Positions 8,775 through 18,425 of a stretch of DNA of 64,000 bases are shown here, piece by piece; the first letter of the stretch is position 1, and every line of letters starts with the position of its first letter. Under the pieces are notes generated by a model that was not told the DNA's origin, did not search any database, and worked only from the letters and a program-made list of their open reading frames with translations. This DNA comes from a virus. A program made the position numbers and the translations under genes. The stretch lies in the UHGV virus genome UHGV-0209088, one strand, 5' to 3'.

Positions 8775-9068
8775 ATGACCAAGAATGCAAAGCGCTACAC
8801 GTCCGTGAGCAAGGGCGGAGAATTCGAGCTCGTTGGTACGTCCAGCGGCGCCGGTCAGCGCAAGGGTGACGTGGTTATCGTCTACCGAAACGTTGAAACC
8901 GGTCAGGTTCTCCACCGCGAGCCGGAAGACTTCGCGATGCGGATGAAGCCTGCCGCGCCAAGCATCAACGCTCAGCTTGTGGCGGCTCTTGAAGCGGTCG
9001 TGAACGGTGACCGTCTCGCGATTACCAAAGCGCAGGCAGCACTTGATGCGGCTAAGGGGGCTGTGTGA
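8775..9068 (+). CDS. hypothetical protein (97 aa; start at MTKNAKRY)
   Basis: RBS aagga before ATG. Confidence 0.55.
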   Translation: MTKNAKRYTSVSKGGEFELVGTSSGAGQRKGDVVIVYRNVETGQVLHREPEDFAMRMKPAAPSINAQLVAALEAVVNGDRLAITKAQAALDAAKGAV

Positions 9069-9505
9069 AATTCTCCAAATTCTCTGAGCTGGTTGCGCGC
9101 CTCTGGTCTAATCCGCAGACCCAGCGGCGCGATCCTGAAGTGACCATCCTCATCAACGCGCCCGGAAGAATCGGGCCGTCACCATCGGTCGAGGTCGAAG
9201 CCATTCATGCTGGATTCGACTGGGACGCAGGGCAGGTGATCATTTTCCCGACCCATCCGTTGACCGTGCTCACCCCAGAGCAGGTATCCGCCATCGAAGA
9301 GAGCGTGCGCAAAGGCCAGTCGTGGCATGCCTACGAGGCGCATAAGAAAAACCGTGCTGAGATCAAAGAGCTTACAGCCCAGCGCGACGAGCTGCTGGCG
9401 GCGCTGGAAACCATCATCCTGTTCACGAAGCCTTCGAAAAGCAATGCGGTTGCCCTGCACAATGCCCATGAAGTCATCGCCCGGGTCAAAGGCGGTGCCT
9501 CATGA
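9065..9505 (+). CDS. hypothetical protein (146 aa, GTG start)
   Basis: RBS aaggggg; GTGA overlap with previous stop. Confidence 0.55.
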   Translation: MKFSKFSELVARLWSNPQTQRRDPEVTILINAPGRIGPSPSVEVEAIHAGFDWDAGQVIIFPTHPLTVLTPEQVSAIEESVRKGQSWHAYEAHKKNRAEIKELTAQRDELLAALETIILFTKPSKSNAVALHNAHEVIARVKGGAS

Positions 9506-9924
9506 GCGAATGGATTGACCCGTTCTACGAGTCGCCGCCGACCGGGAAGGTGGTTGAGGGCGACTACGGCACGTTCACGCTGCGCATCATGAAGCGGGAT
9601 GGCGAGTGGAAGAGCGAGAGCGGCGGTCTGCTGGTTCAGGGCAGGCCAGCCCGCTGGCGTCTGCTGCCGGAGACTCCAAAAACCGGCAACGCCTGCAGCT
9701 GGAAAGCGCCGCTGGTGACCCTAGCCACCGGCGAGCAGGTGCCAAGCGACAGCAAAGCCTGGAAGGACGAGTGCGAGGCCCGGCACATCCTGAATTTACC
9801 GACCAAAGCGGCTCGCCTCGAGCTGCTGGACCAAATCGAGAAGCGGCGCGGAGCCGACGCAGCCAATGAGCTGCGCCAGCGCGTGCTGCTGCTGTGGGAA
9901 CTAACCAAGGGGGCATCGCAATGA
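9502..9924 (+). CDS. hypothetical protein (140 aa)
   Basis: ATGA-coupled ORF. Confidence 0.55.
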   Translation: MSEWIDPFYESPPTGKVVEGDYGTFTLRIMKRDGEWKSESGGLLVQGRPARWRLLPETPKTGNACSWKAPLVTLATGEQVPSDSKAWKDECEARHILNLPTKAARLELLDQIEKRRGADAANELRQRVLLLWELTKGASQ

Positions 9925-10169
9925 AAACACTGAGAACGCTGTGGGAGTACGTTCTGTTCATGGTGCCGCACATCACCACCTCGGAGGTCGTATACGAGCT
10001 GGCTGATGGCGGCGTGTGGGTTCCGGTCTGTGAGGTCAAGCACATCCAGCCGGGCGAGTTTTACGAGAAGGTCGGCAAGGTTCGCTCCTTCCAGTGGCTG
10101 TGGTTCGGCTTCGATTTTCAGGAAGAATACCCGCTGCGCAAATTCGATAACCGGAGGCCGCGTGGATAA
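9921..10169 (+). CDS. hypothetical protein (82 aa)
   Basis: RBS aaggggg before ATG 9921. Confidence 0.5.
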   Translation: MKTLRTLWEYVLFMVPHITTSEVVYELADGGVWVPVCEVKHIQPGEFYEKVGKVRSFQWLWFGFDFQEEYPLRKFDNRRPRG

Positions 10170-10425
10170 ATTCGAACCGGTGAGAACCGTCGCGGACATG
10201 AAAACCCTCGACCTTGAGCAGGTGTCCGATGGATACCTCGCAGCCATTGACGGCTATGTCCTGAAAGGCACTGAGAGCCGCAGTTTCGTGCATGGCTGGC
10301 GCAACGGCATGGTCGACGCTGGTCAGGTATGCCCAGATGAGCACCAGCAGGCCCTGGCGCGCGACATCATCGCCACCAAGTACGATCTCTTTGACCGCGG
10401 GGGCCAGGATGGCAATTCTGATTGA
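10162..10425 (+). CDS. hypothetical protein (87 aa, GTG start)
   Basis: RBS ggagg 5 nt before GTG 10162; upstream part of track ORF is R/S-rich out-of-context overlap. Confidence 0.45.
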   Translation: MDKFEPVRTVADMKTLDLEQVSDGYLAAIDGYVLKGTESRSFVHGWRNGMVDAGQVCPDEHQQALARDIIATKYDLFDRGGQDGNSD

Positions 10426-11002
10426 TAGCGGCACGCCGGAGGCGGATAAGAACTTCTGGGCCACTACGCCGGAGTGCTTTCAGGATGGGCAGGCGCTCTA
10501 CGGTCGCCCGTTCGCGGTCGATGTGTGCGCCGAGCCGCTGACTGCGAAATGCCAGCGCTACTACGGCAACCCGGCACTGTACGACGCGGTGCTGGACTAC
10601 CGCACCGGCGCTGATGTCCGCGCCATGATGCGTGAATCCGGCAACATCTGCGTCGCCCTCGACTCTCTGGCGGTCGATTGGCCCGAGCACTGGTGGTGCA
10701 ATCCACCGTTCGATCACAAGCTGGCATTCATCGGGCAGGCCCGCCGTCAGCAGGCCGCAGGCCGTCCCGGCATGATGCTGCTGCCGTATGAGCCGCTGGC
10801 TGGCTGGTGGCGCAAGCGCCTTGCGTTCGGCGTCATCGTCTACGAGCCTGATGGCCGCTACCAGTTCTGCGAGCGTGACGGCGTGACCCGCAAGCAGGGT
10901 GCAAACTTTGGTTCCGCGCTGGTGGTATTCCCGACCCATCACATAGGCGAGTCTCCGCGCATAAGATTTGAACGCGGTATTGGACAGCTTGCTCAAAAAT
11001 GA
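10409..11002 (+). CDS. phage-type DNA N6-adenine methyltransferase (pfam05869 Dam-like, 197 aa)
   Basis: WATTPECF near N-terminus, D.CA...K..YY, and WWCNPPF catalytic motif, the hallmark order of small phage Dam MTases. Confidence 0.75.
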   Translation: MAILIDSGTPEADKNFWATTPECFQDGQALYGRPFAVDVCAEPLTAKCQRYYGNPALYDAVLDYRTGADVRAMMRESGNICVALDSLAVDWPEHWWCNPPFDHKLAFIGQARRQQAAGRPGMMLLPYEPLAGWWRKRLAFGVIVYEPDGRYQFCERDGVTRKQGANFGSALVVFPTHHIGESPRIRFERGIGQLAQK

Positions 11003-11059
11003 AATAGAATATCGCTTTCCGCGCCGGGCGGCTCCCGGCATCCTCCCGAGGAAAGGAAT

Positions 11060-11275
11060 GTGAAACTACTCCGCGCATTTCGGGGCATCTTTGGCTCACC
11101 GGCGTCTAACATCTGGTTCGGCGGATACTTCCTGTGCCGCTTCCTGTGGCTCGTGAAAGATTACCCGCATAGCGGGCGCACAGCATGGGACATCGCCTAC
11201 GTCGTCATCATCGGCATCGCTGCCGTCTACCTCTCCACCCGTGGCATCCGCAGATTCCGTAAGGGGTGCGCATGA
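11060..11275 (+). CDS. small membrane protein (71 aa)
   Basis: RBS aggaaagg; two hydrophobic segments. Confidence 0.45.
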   Translation: MKLLRAFRGIFGSPASNIWFGGYFLCRFLWLVKDYPHSGRTAWDIAYVVIIGIAAVYLSTRGIRRFRKGCA

Positions 11276-12153
11276 GCGAATTCAACTATCTGACCGGGCG
11301 CCCGGAGCTATTCGAGAACGCGCCAGCCGACGCGCTGGTGGTGCTGGAGCATGAGGACGGCCGCCTGTTCTATGCGATCGCCCACGACCTGGGCGCGAAA
11401 TACTGGAACGAGGACGGCTCCCCGGGCAGCAAGGTCGGCCTGATTGCCCTGCACAAGAAAACCCGCGTCATTGCCAGCCGCGTGCGTACTGGGGGCTTGC
11501 GCCCGGCAGAACCGAAGCGAGACCCGATCCCAAAATCCCGGATTGAACGCATCCAGCAGGCGCAGAACGGCCTGAAGAAGGCTATCAGTCAGCCGTTCCC
11601 TGTTGCGCCAAAACCTGAGCCTAAGCCAGCGCCGGTGAAGGTTGACCCGCAAAAGGTCGCGCCGAAGCGCAAAACCCCAAACGTTGCCTGCCCGAAGTGC
11701 GGCGTCACCGGCATTCACGCCTGCATGGGCGCGCCCGTTTCGTGGAGCGAGCAGGACAAACAGCGCTTGGATGACGCCGTGAAGCAGATCAACGCTGCGG
11801 AGACGAAACCGCGGATAGTAGCTGGCGATGGCTTCGTGTCCATCCTCGATTTGGCTAATCGTTCAGGCTGCGCGGTGCTGACCATCTACGCCAAAGGGAC
11901 ATTCATGGTTACCACTGCGGTGGCCAGTTCCGGCGACCGTATTGACGTTCAGCTCGATCCAAAGAGCGGTAAAATCCGGGTCCGCAAGGTTGAGCAGGGC
12001 GGGGCTAAGCTGGCCGGAGGGCAGACATTCTCATGCGCTGGCGGCGCGAGACTATTCCACTTTGCAAATGGCGCGAAGAAGGTTCGCATCGAACTGACCA
12101 AAGTAGATGGCTGGTGGCAGGGTCAGGCTGAGCTGGTGCGGGTGAAGCCATGA
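11272..12153 (+). CDS. hypothetical protein with Pro/Lys-rich linker and CPKCG zinc-ribbon-like motif (293 aa)
   Basis: ORF, RBS aagggg before ATG 11272. Confidence 0.6.
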   Translation: MSEFNYLTGRPELFENAPADALVVLEHEDGRLFYAIAHDLGAKYWNEDGSPGSKVGLIALHKKTRVIASRVRTGGLRPAEPKRDPIPKSRIERIQQAQNGLKKAISQPFPVAPKPEPKPAPVKVDPQKVAPKRKTPNVACPKCGVTGIHACMGAPVSWSEQDKQRLDDAVKQINAAETKPRIVAGDGFVSILDLANRSGCAVLTIYAKGTFMVTTAVASSGDRIDVQLDPKSGKIRVRKVEQGGAKLAGGQTFSCAGGARLFHFANGAKKVRIELTKVDGWWQGQAELVRVKP

Positions 12154-12440
12154 GCCAGCGAATGGTAAGGCCGTTGCCGGTGTGGACCGAGAAGGCCACC
12201 GGTAAGCAGGTATGGGCGCTGCAGGTAGGGCGCATCATCCCGTGCCCGCGTGGAGTGTCCATCTACCCGAAGGACGAGCGCTACGCCGCGTTTGAGATGC
12301 CGCTGTGGTGGTCTGCGACCACACGGGTGGCCGAGGGCGATTTCGTCGTGTGGGAAACAGGTGAGCCGGTGTTCAGCTGGAAGCCTGCCGAGTTCGAAGC
12401 GCGGTTCCGGCCTGCTGCCGACAGCAAAACAGACCCGTAG
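12150..12440 (+). CDS. hypothetical protein (96 aa)
   Basis: ATGA-coupled ORF. Confidence 0.55.
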   Translation: MSQRMVRPLPVWTEKATGKQVWALQVGRIIPCPRGVSIYPKDERYAAFEMPLWWSATTRVAEGDFVVWETGEPVFSWKPAEFEARFRPAADSKTDP

Positions 12441-12453
12441 GCTGATGCTCTAA
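12441..12453 (+). promoter_or_regulatory. conserved post-stop motif GCTGATGCTCTAA (copy 2)
   Basis: starts immediately after TAG stop at 12438-12440; followed by GCGGCC..GGCCGC hairpin. Confidence 0.4.
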
Positions 12454-12501
12454 CACGGCAAAGCCAGAGGATACGCGGCCTCGCGGGGCCGCAAATCAAT
12501 T

Positions 12502-12520
12502 TAGGGCGCACATAGGGCGC
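12502..12520 (+). promoter_or_regulatory. tandem direct repeat TAGGGCGCACATAGGGCGC (copy B)
   Basis: ends 20 nt before ATG 12541; leaves no room for a sigma70 promoter downstream. Confidence 0.5.
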
Positions 12521-12540
12521 TAAATCACCAAAAATGAGGA

Positions 12541-12885
12541 ATGAAGATGGACAATCAGCACCGCAAGATCGTCGGCTATCGCGAGCTGACACAGGCCGAA
12601 ATCGACCTGATGAACGAAATCAAAGCGAAAGGGAAGGAGCTGTTAGCGCTCCATGACAAAGTGGTGGAGTTGATTGGCGAACAGGATTTGGTGCCAGCAA
12701 TCATGGCTGCTGCAGACCATAACTCTAAGGGTATGTCTTACATGATCCCACCTAAGCAGGACGCTGATGTCATGGCGCGACACGCAATCGCAGAACCACG
12801 CCGCTGGGCGTCCATCGGCAAGACCGATCTCCAGAAGGGCATCATGGCGCTGGTGCGCGCCGTAGCCCAGCCGACTGACTGCTAA
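12541..12885 (+). CDS. hypothetical protein (114 aa)
   Basis: strong RBS tgagga. Confidence 0.6.
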   Translation: MKMDNQHRKIVGYRELTQAEIDLMNEIKAKGKELLALHDKVVELIGEQDLVPAIMAAADHNSKGMSYMIPPKQDADVMARHAIAEPRRWASIGKTDLQKGIMALVRAVAQPTDC

Positions 12886-12911
12886 CCAGCGCACCGCGCT
12901 AAGGAAAGGAA

Positions 12912-13133
12912 ATGCTCAAGAAAGTTATTCTGGCTGCACTGGTATACCTGCTCATCGGCGGGATCCTCAACGGCTTCGCGATCGATGAGAGCGCGAAGAA
13001 ATGCGGGGGGAAAGTAAACGATATCGAAGGGTATGCTGAATCCGCTCTGCTCTGGCCTTCTCTGATGGCAACCGGCTTCGTTCTGGCGGTAATGGGTACA
13101 GAGCTGGACAGTACCTGTACGACCACAAAATAA
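12912..13133 (+). CDS. small membrane protein (73 aa)
   Basis: strong RBS aaggaaagga; N-terminal TM helix. Confidence 0.6.
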   Translation: MLKKVILAALVYLLIGGILNGFAIDESAKKCGGKVNDIEGYAESALLWPSLMATGFVLAVMGTELDSTCTTTK

Positions 13134-13177
13134 CCCCAGTGCCACGGACGGCGCCCAACAACCACCGAGGCACTGAA

Positions 13178-13345
13178 ATGATCGAACAGACTGACCGCCT
13201 GACCCAACTGACCACCGGCATCGCAAAGCTGCTGGACGCTGCCCTGGCTCTGCCTGCTGATACTGACCGCGATGCAGCGGCCCGACAGCTGGCCCGCTCC
13301 CTCATCGAAGAAGCCTACAAAGCGATCCCGACTACCGCCGCCTGA
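13178..13345 (+). CDS. hypothetical small protein (55 aa)
   Basis: RBS gagg before ATG. Confidence 0.4.
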   Translation: MIEQTDRLTQLTTGIAKLLDAALALPADTDRDAAARQLARSLIEEAYKAIPTTAA

Positions 13346-13405
13346 CTACCCTCCCTCCAGTCGTGATGCCAACGTGTCCGGTACATTGTTACCGGACATT
13401 TTTTT

Positions 13406-14026
13406 ATGACCGAACCGAAGAAACCAACCAGGGCGAGGAAAGCGCCCGCGAAACCCGGCGCCACAAAGGCGAGCGGGGTATCCGCTATTGGGCAGAAGGT
13501 CACCGACGCCGCCAAGACTGGCCGCCGTGGCTTTTCCGATGAGCTGAAAGCTGCCGCCCGCGCGCTGTGGGAGGGCGACCCGAATATCAGCATGGCTGAT
13601 GTCGCCGCAGAGGTGGGCGTCACCGTGCGCGCCATGCGGCGCTGGAGCCAGGATGAGAACTGGTCGAAGCGTCAGGCCGATATGTCCGAGCGCGCTCATG
13701 CGGCTGCCGACCAGTACAAGAACAAGCTCTCTGAGCTGGGGCCGGAGATCACCACCGAGCAGCAGAAGCAGGCCGAGTCCGACGCAGCGGAGGAGACCGC
13801 CGTGCAGCTGCGCGCCCAGGTGCTCGACCGCCACCGGAAGGAATGGAACGCGCCGCGCAAGCTCTCCTACGACGCGGTGAAGGCCAAGAACTTCGACCAG
13901 ATGAAGATGGCCAAAATCACGGCTGAGGCGCTGACCCTGATCCAGAACGGCGAGCGCAAGGCGTGGGGCATCGATTCCGGGGGCGATGGGCAAACCAACG
14001 TGAAAGTCATTATTGAGCGTGAGTGA
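13406..14026 (+). CDS. putative terminase small subunit / HTH DNA-binding protein (206 aa)
   Basis: FSDELKAAARALWEGDPNISMADVAAEVGVTVRAMRRWSQDE resembles the transposase-like HTH of Terminase_2-type small subunits; sits directly upstream of ParB-MTase as in many enterobacterial prophages. Confidence 0.45.
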   Translation: MTEPKKPTRARKAPAKPGATKASGVSAIGQKVTDAAKTGRRGFSDELKAAARALWEGDPNISMADVAAEVGVTVRAMRRWSQDENWSKRQADMSERAHAAADQYKNKLSELGPEITTEQQKQAESDAAEETAVQLRAQVLDRHRKEWNAPRKLSYDAVKAKNFDQMKMAKITAEALTLIQNGERKAWGIDSGGDGQTNVKVIIERE

Positions 14027-15543
14027 TGGATAAAAACCTCGAAAAGATGCTGGGCTTCCGGCCTGATGCCATCCCGCAAATGCGGCTCAAGCCGGTTGAA
14101 TCTCTGGTGGCCTACGCCCGCAACACCCGCACCCATTCAAAGGTGCAGGTCGAGCAGATCAAGCGCTCTATGCTGGAGTTCGGATGGACGAACCCCATTC
14201 TGGCGGATGATATGGGCATCGTGGCCGGGCATGGTCGCGTTATGGCTGCCGAAGAGCTGTACAAGGCCGGTGAGCAGATCCTCTTCCCGAACGGCACGCC
14301 GATCCCCATCGGCCAGGTGCCGGTCATCGATTGCACCGGCTGGTCAGACGCGCAGCGCCGGGCGTACATCATCGCGGATAACAAGCTGGCCCTGAACGCC
14401 GGCTGGGACGATGACATGCTGAGCCTCGAGCTGAAGGAGCTGGACGCGGCGGGCTATGACCTGGATGTCATCGGGTTCGATGAGAACGAGCTCGCGGAGC
14501 TGCTGGCCGATCCCGAGCTGGATCTTGATAGCGACAAAGACCCGGATGAGACACCGGACCTGCCTGATGCGCCGGCGAGCCGCGAGGGCGACACCTGGAT
14601 CCTCGGCGCGCACCGGGTTCACTGCGGCAGCGCGACCAGTATGGATGCATGGGACCACCTGATGCAGGGCGAACTGGCCAACGCGGTATGGACCGACCCG
14701 CCATACAACGTCGATCTGGGCCTGAAGAACAAGCGGATGGATAAAGCCATTGGCGGCGAGCGGTTCGCCACTGGTGCGATCGCCAACGACAAGATGAGCC
14801 TGGAAGAGTTTGAGGCGCTGCTCTACGACGCGTTCAGCTGCCTGTTCTCGGTCATGCAGGCAGGGGCGGCCATCTACGTGGCCCATTCCGACAAGGCCGG
14901 GCGCGAGTTCCGCGAGCAGTTCGAAAGGGCTGGCCTGCACTTTAGCCAGATGCTCATCTGGAAGAAGAACGTCCACGTTCTGGGGATGGCCGATTTCCAG
15001 CCCATTCACGAGCCGATCATGTACGGCTGGAAGAAGGGGAGCCGTCACAAGTGGCACGGCGGCCGCAAGCAGACCACCGTCATGGAGATAGGCGAGGGCG
15101 GTCCGATCTCCCGGGATGAAGCCGGGCGCTGGCTCATCAAGGTGGGTGACAGCGTGCTGGTCGTGGACGGCCAGGCGGAACTGGCGGAGATCCCCTCGAC
15201 CGTGTTCAATGTGCCGAAGCCGGAGAAGTCCGGCCTGCACCCGACGCAGAAGCCGGTGGAGCTCATCGAGCGCATGCTGCGCAACTCTGCCCGCGGCGGC
15301 GATATCGTGGTGGATGCGTTCGGCGGTTCGGGCTCAACGCTGATTGCCGCTGACCGTCTGGGCATGTGCGCCAGGCTGATGGAGCTGGAGCCGCGCTTTG
15401 TCGATGTCATCGTTCGCCGCTGGCAGGACTACACCGGGCGCCGGGCGGTTCACGCGCTCACCGGCGAGGAATTCCCCGAAGAGGGGCAGGAGCGGAAGAC
15501 CGGCCCAATCCTCACCGACAACAGCGATACGGATGTGTTTTAG
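14026..15543 (+). CDS. ParB-like nuclease domain fused to beta-class DNA (N6-adenine/N4-cytosine) methyltransferase (505 aa)
   Basis: N-terminal ParB/Srx-like region; DPPYNVDLG (motif IV) followed later by FGGSGSTLIAA (motif I). Confidence 0.85.
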   Translation: MDKNLEKMLGFRPDAIPQMRLKPVESLVAYARNTRTHSKVQVEQIKRSMLEFGWTNPILADDMGIVAGHGRVMAAEELYKAGEQILFPNGTPIPIGQVPVIDCTGWSDAQRRAYIIADNKLALNAGWDDDMLSLELKELDAAGYDLDVIGFDENELAELLADPELDLDSDKDPDETPDLPDAPASREGDTWILGAHRVHCGSATSMDAWDHLMQGELANAVWTDPPYNVDLGLKNKRMDKAIGGERFATGAIANDKMSLEEFEALLYDAFSCLFSVMQAGAAIYVAHSDKAGREFREQFERAGLHFSQMLIWKKNVHVLGMADFQPIHEPIMYGWKKGSRHKWHGGRKQTTVMEIGEGGPISRDEAGRWLIKVGDSVLVVDGQAELAEIPSTVFNVPKPEKSGLHPTQKPVELIERMLRNSARGGDIVVDAFGGSGSTLIAADRLGMCARLMELEPRFVDVIVRRWQDYTGRRAVHALTGEEFPEEGQERKTGPILTDNSDTDVF

Positions 15544-15561
15544 CTGTAAACAGAGTTCTAA

Positions 15562-15574
15562 GCTGACGCTCTAA
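15562..15574 (+). promoter_or_regulatory. conserved post-stop motif GCTGACGCTCTAA (copy 3)
   Basis: 18 nt after TAG stop. Confidence 0.4.
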
Positions 15575-15577
15575 GTA

Positions 15578-15612
15578 GAAACGGCAATGCAAATCAATGC
15601 GTTGCCGTTTTC
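15578..15612 (+). terminator. rho-independent terminator (acggcaatgc...gcgttgccgt + TTTTCGTTT)
   Basis: perfect 7-bp GC-containing stem plus T-run. Confidence 0.6.
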
Positions 15613-15621
15613 GTTTGTGGT

Positions 15622-15640
15622 TAGGGCGCATATAGGGCGC
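15622..15640 (+). promoter_or_regulatory. tandem direct repeat TAGGGCGCATATAGGGCGC (copy C)
   Basis: same family. Confidence 0.5.
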
Positions 15641-15655
15641 ACCGCAAAGTATTTC

Positions 15656-15684
15656 TTGCTCATATTTGAGTAACTGCGTTACAC
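15656..15684 (+). promoter_or_regulatory. sigma70-like promoter TTGCTC-N17-TTACAC overlapping palindrome TTGCTCATATTTGAGTAA
   Basis: -35 15656-15661, -10 15679-15684; followed by structured 95-nt leader. Confidence 0.5.
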
Positions 15685-15778
15685 TTCACTTGAGGTAACG
15701 GCTATTCCCGCGTTACCGGACCCAGTTCTACTGGCGTGACAAAAACAATCAACCGCGAACCAACGCGGTAGGGATTTT

Positions 15779-17560
15779 ATGAATATTACATATGGCTCTG
15801 TGTGCAGCGGCATCGAAGCTGCATCCATTGCATGGGAGCCGCTGGGGCTGAAGCCAGCGTGGTTTTCCGAGATTGAGGCTTTTCCGTCTGCTGTTCTGAA
15901 GCACCACTGGCCGCACGTCAGCAACCTCGGAGATATGACCAAAATCGCCGCCGCTGTGCGTGCTGGCACCGTTCCTGCTCCAGACATAGGCGTGGGTGGC
16001 ACACCTTGTCAGGCATTTTCAGTCGCTGGCGCTCGCGCTGGCCTTTCAGACCCTCGCGGTCAACTCACCATTTCATACGTGGAATTAGCCGATGCAATTG
16101 ACGACACCCGAACCGCAGCCGGAAAACAGCCAGCCATCTTCGTCTGGGAGAACGTGCCCGGAGTCCTCAGCTCCAAAGACAACGCTTTCGGAGCCTTCCT
16201 TGGACTGCTTGCCGGGGAAGACTGTGAGCTACAACCGCCAGGGGGAAAATGGAAGAACGCTGGTTGTGTGCTTGGACCCAAAAGAACAATCGCGTGGCGG
16301 GTCGTTGATGCCCAATATTTCGGAGTGGCCCAACGACGCCGCCGTGTGTTTGTTGTCGCAAGTGCTCGAACCGATTTCGATCCCCGAAAAGTATTTTTTG
16401 AGTCCGAAGGCGTGCGCCGGGATACTGCGCCGAGCCGAAGCGCGGGGTCGGCAGTTGCCGCCCTTACTGCGAATGGCGTTGGAACATGTGGTGCGGACGA
16501 CAACCAAGGACAAGCAGGACACCTGATCGCTGCGTTCGGCGGTGGGAACTGCTCAGGCGCGCTGGATGTAGCGGCCTGCCTGACAGCGCGCGGCCAGCGC
16601 ATTGACTTCGAAGTCGAGACCTTTCTCGCCCAGTACAGCAGCACCGGGCAGGGCGCATGGGCTGAGGGCTTTGGCACGCTGCGCGCCAGAGAGCAGGAGA
16701 GCCACGAGCATCTGGCGGTGATGGCCGTTCACGGCACGCAGGATCCTGACACGCTCAACGAGCTGGCGCACACGCTGGGGCGCAATCAGGGGCAGGAGAA
16801 CGCCGTCATCGCGTTCAACAGCAAAGACCACGGGCAGGATGCCGCGGAGGAAATATCCCCGACGCTGCGCTCCGCTGGTCACGGTACCAGCCACGCGAAC
16901 GCTGGCGCGCCGCCTGCTGTGGCCTATGGCTTCCAGCCGCGTATTGCCCGCAACGGTCGCGGCGATATGGGCGATGTTTGCCACGCTCTTACTGCGGAGG
17001 CCGGGGAGACCGGGAAGGGGGATTCTGCGCCGCATGTGGCCGTTGCCTTCGCTGAGAACAGCCGCGGCGAAATCCGCCTTCAGGATGGCGACGGCGGCAT
17101 CACCGGCCCGCTGTCTACCGGGGGCGGAAAGCCAGGGCAGGGTTATCCGGCAGTGGTCGCCTTTCAGGAACGCGGTCGCGCTGATGGTCGCACGCTGGAG
17201 ATTAACGGCGATCTGGCCTACGCGCTGACAGCGCCAAACGGCGGTGGCCGGGCGCAGGAGCGGAACATTGTCGATTTCCGCACAATGGCCGTGCGTCGCC
17301 TGACGCCGCGCGAGTGCGAGCGCCTGCAGGGCTTCCCCGATGACCACACGCTCATCCCATACGGGAAGGCTATCAGGCCGGAGAAGCTGGAAGCGGACTA
17401 CGCAAAATATCTGATGCGCGGCGGTCGCATGACCTTTGACGAGTGCTGCCGCGCTGCCGCTGATGGCCCGCGTTACAAGGCAATCGGCAATTCAATGGCG
17501 GTGCCGTGCATGGCTTGGATCGGTCGCCGCATCCTGCAACAGCTCGAGGGGGCTATGTGA
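15779..17560 (+). CDS. DNA (cytosine-5) methyltransferase, Dcm-like, with ~330-aa Gly-rich variable/TRD region (593 aa)
   Basis: motif [14 protein letters not shown] motif [15 protein letters not shown] motif FVWENVPGV, motif VIII QRRRVFVV, motif [16 protein letters not shown]. Confidence 0.9.
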   Translation: MNITYGSVCSGIEAASIAWEPLGLKPAWFSEIEAFPSAVLKHHWPHVSNLGDMTKIAAAVRAGTVPAPDIGVGGTPCQAFSVAGARAGLSDPRGQLTISYVELADAIDDTRTAAGKQPAIFVWENVPGVLSSKDNAFGAFLGLLAGEDCELQPPGGKWKNAGCVLGPKRTIAWRVVDAQYFGVAQRRRRVFVVASARTDFDPRKVFFESEGVRRDTAPSRSAGSAVAALTANGVGTCGADDNQGQAGHLIAAFGGGNCSGALDVAACLTARGQRIDFEVETFLAQYSSTGQGAWAEGFGTLRAREQESHEHLAVMAVHGTQDPDTLNELAHTLGRNQGQENAVIAFNSKDHGQDAAEEISPTLRSAGHGTSHANAGAPPAVAYGFQPRIARNGRGDMGDVCHALTAEAGETGKGDSAPHVAVAFAENSRGEIRLQDGDGGITGPLSTGGGKPGQGYPAVVAFQERGRADGRTLEINGDLAYALTAPNGGGRAQERNIVDFRTMAVRRLTPRECERLQGFPDDHTLIPYGKAIRPEKLEADYAKYLMRGGRMTFDECCRAAADGPRYKAIGNSMAVPCMAWIGRRILQQLEGAM

Positions 17561-18240
17561 AAGATATCTACCAGAAGATAAACGGCGATGAGTACCGCGG
17601 CGTGTGGGTCGTAGGTGACCTGCACGGCTGCTACACCAACCTGATGAACCGGCTGGACGCAGTCGGTTTCGACCCGGCGCAGGATCTGCTGGTTTCGGTT
17701 GGCGACCTGATTGACCGCGGGGCGGAGAACGTCGAGTGCCTGGACCTGATTAATCAGCCGTGGTTCCGGGCAGTGCGCGGAAACCATGAGCAGATGATGC
17801 TGGACGCGCTGCTCAATGGGGGCAGCTTCGGTCACTGGATGTCGAACGGTGGTGGCTGGTGGCACAGCATGGATTATGAGCAGGATATGCGGCTGAAATC
17901 CCTGCTCCCCAAGGTAGCTGGTCTGCCGCTGATCATCGAGCTGGAGAAGGGTGGGAAGAAGTTCGTCATCTGCCATGCTGACTACCCGAAAGAAGAGTAC
18001 GAATTCGGAAAGCCGGTAGTCGAGCAGGATGTCATCTGGAACCGCGAGCGTGTCAGCACGTCAATGGATCTGGTGGATAAGGTGCCGGTGAATGACCTGC
18101 TCATTCCTGGCGCTGATCTGTTCATCTTCGGGCATACGCCAGCGCGACAGCCAATGCGTTTCAGCAACCAGCTCTACATCGACACCGGTGCCGTGTTCAC
18201 CGGCAATCTGACACTGGTCAATCTTGGGGAAGTTCTGTGA
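17557..18240 (+). CDS. serine/threonine protein phosphatase (lambda PPase / PrpA-like metallophosphatase, 227 aa, GTG start)
   Basis: GDLHG, GDLIDRG, GNHE motifs; GTG in ATGTGA overlap with MTase stop, RBS gaggggg. Confidence 0.85.
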   Translation: MKDIYQKINGDEYRGVWVVGDLHGCYTNLMNRLDAVGFDPAQDLLVSVGDLIDRGAENVECLDLINQPWFRAVRGNHEQMMLDALLNGGSFGHWMSNGGGWWHSMDYEQDMRLKSLLPKVAGLPLIIELEKGGKKFVICHADYPKEEYEFGKPVVEQDVIWNRERVSTSMDLVDKVPVNDLLIPGADLFIFGHTPARQPMRFSNQLYIDTGAVFTGNLTLVNLGEVL

Positions 18241-18425
18241 AGACGCTGCTGAAGGTGGTTCTGTGGGTGGCGGGGATAGCCGCCTTTATCTGGCTGCTTG
18301 GGGTTGCCGGTGAACATGATCGCCAAGACTGCGAGGTGCGTATCGCGCAGGAGCTTGGCACAACCGCTCGCTACATCGACGGCCATTGCATGGTGAAAGG
18401 GTACGGGAGGGTGGATGGCCGGTAA
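18237..18425 (+). CDS. small membrane protein (62 aa)
   Basis: GTGA overlap, RBS ggggaag; N-terminal TM segment. Confidence 0.45.
   Translation: MKTLLKVVLWVAGIAAFIWLLGVAGEHDRQDCEVRIAQELGTTARYIDGHCMVKGYGRVDGR

Noticed and set aside
13346-13993. 215-aa minus ORF opposite the TerS-like gene, and similar shadows at 14344-15240, 16553-17347, 35895-36890, 51841-53115
   Set aside because: All are reverse-frame ORFs with Arg/Leu/Gly-rich junk composition inside well-supported plus-strand genes.
18237-18425. Holin/lysis cassette around the small membrane protein
   Set aside because: No adjacent endolysin or spanin; single TM protein between phosphatase and deaminase is not enough to call a lysis gene.
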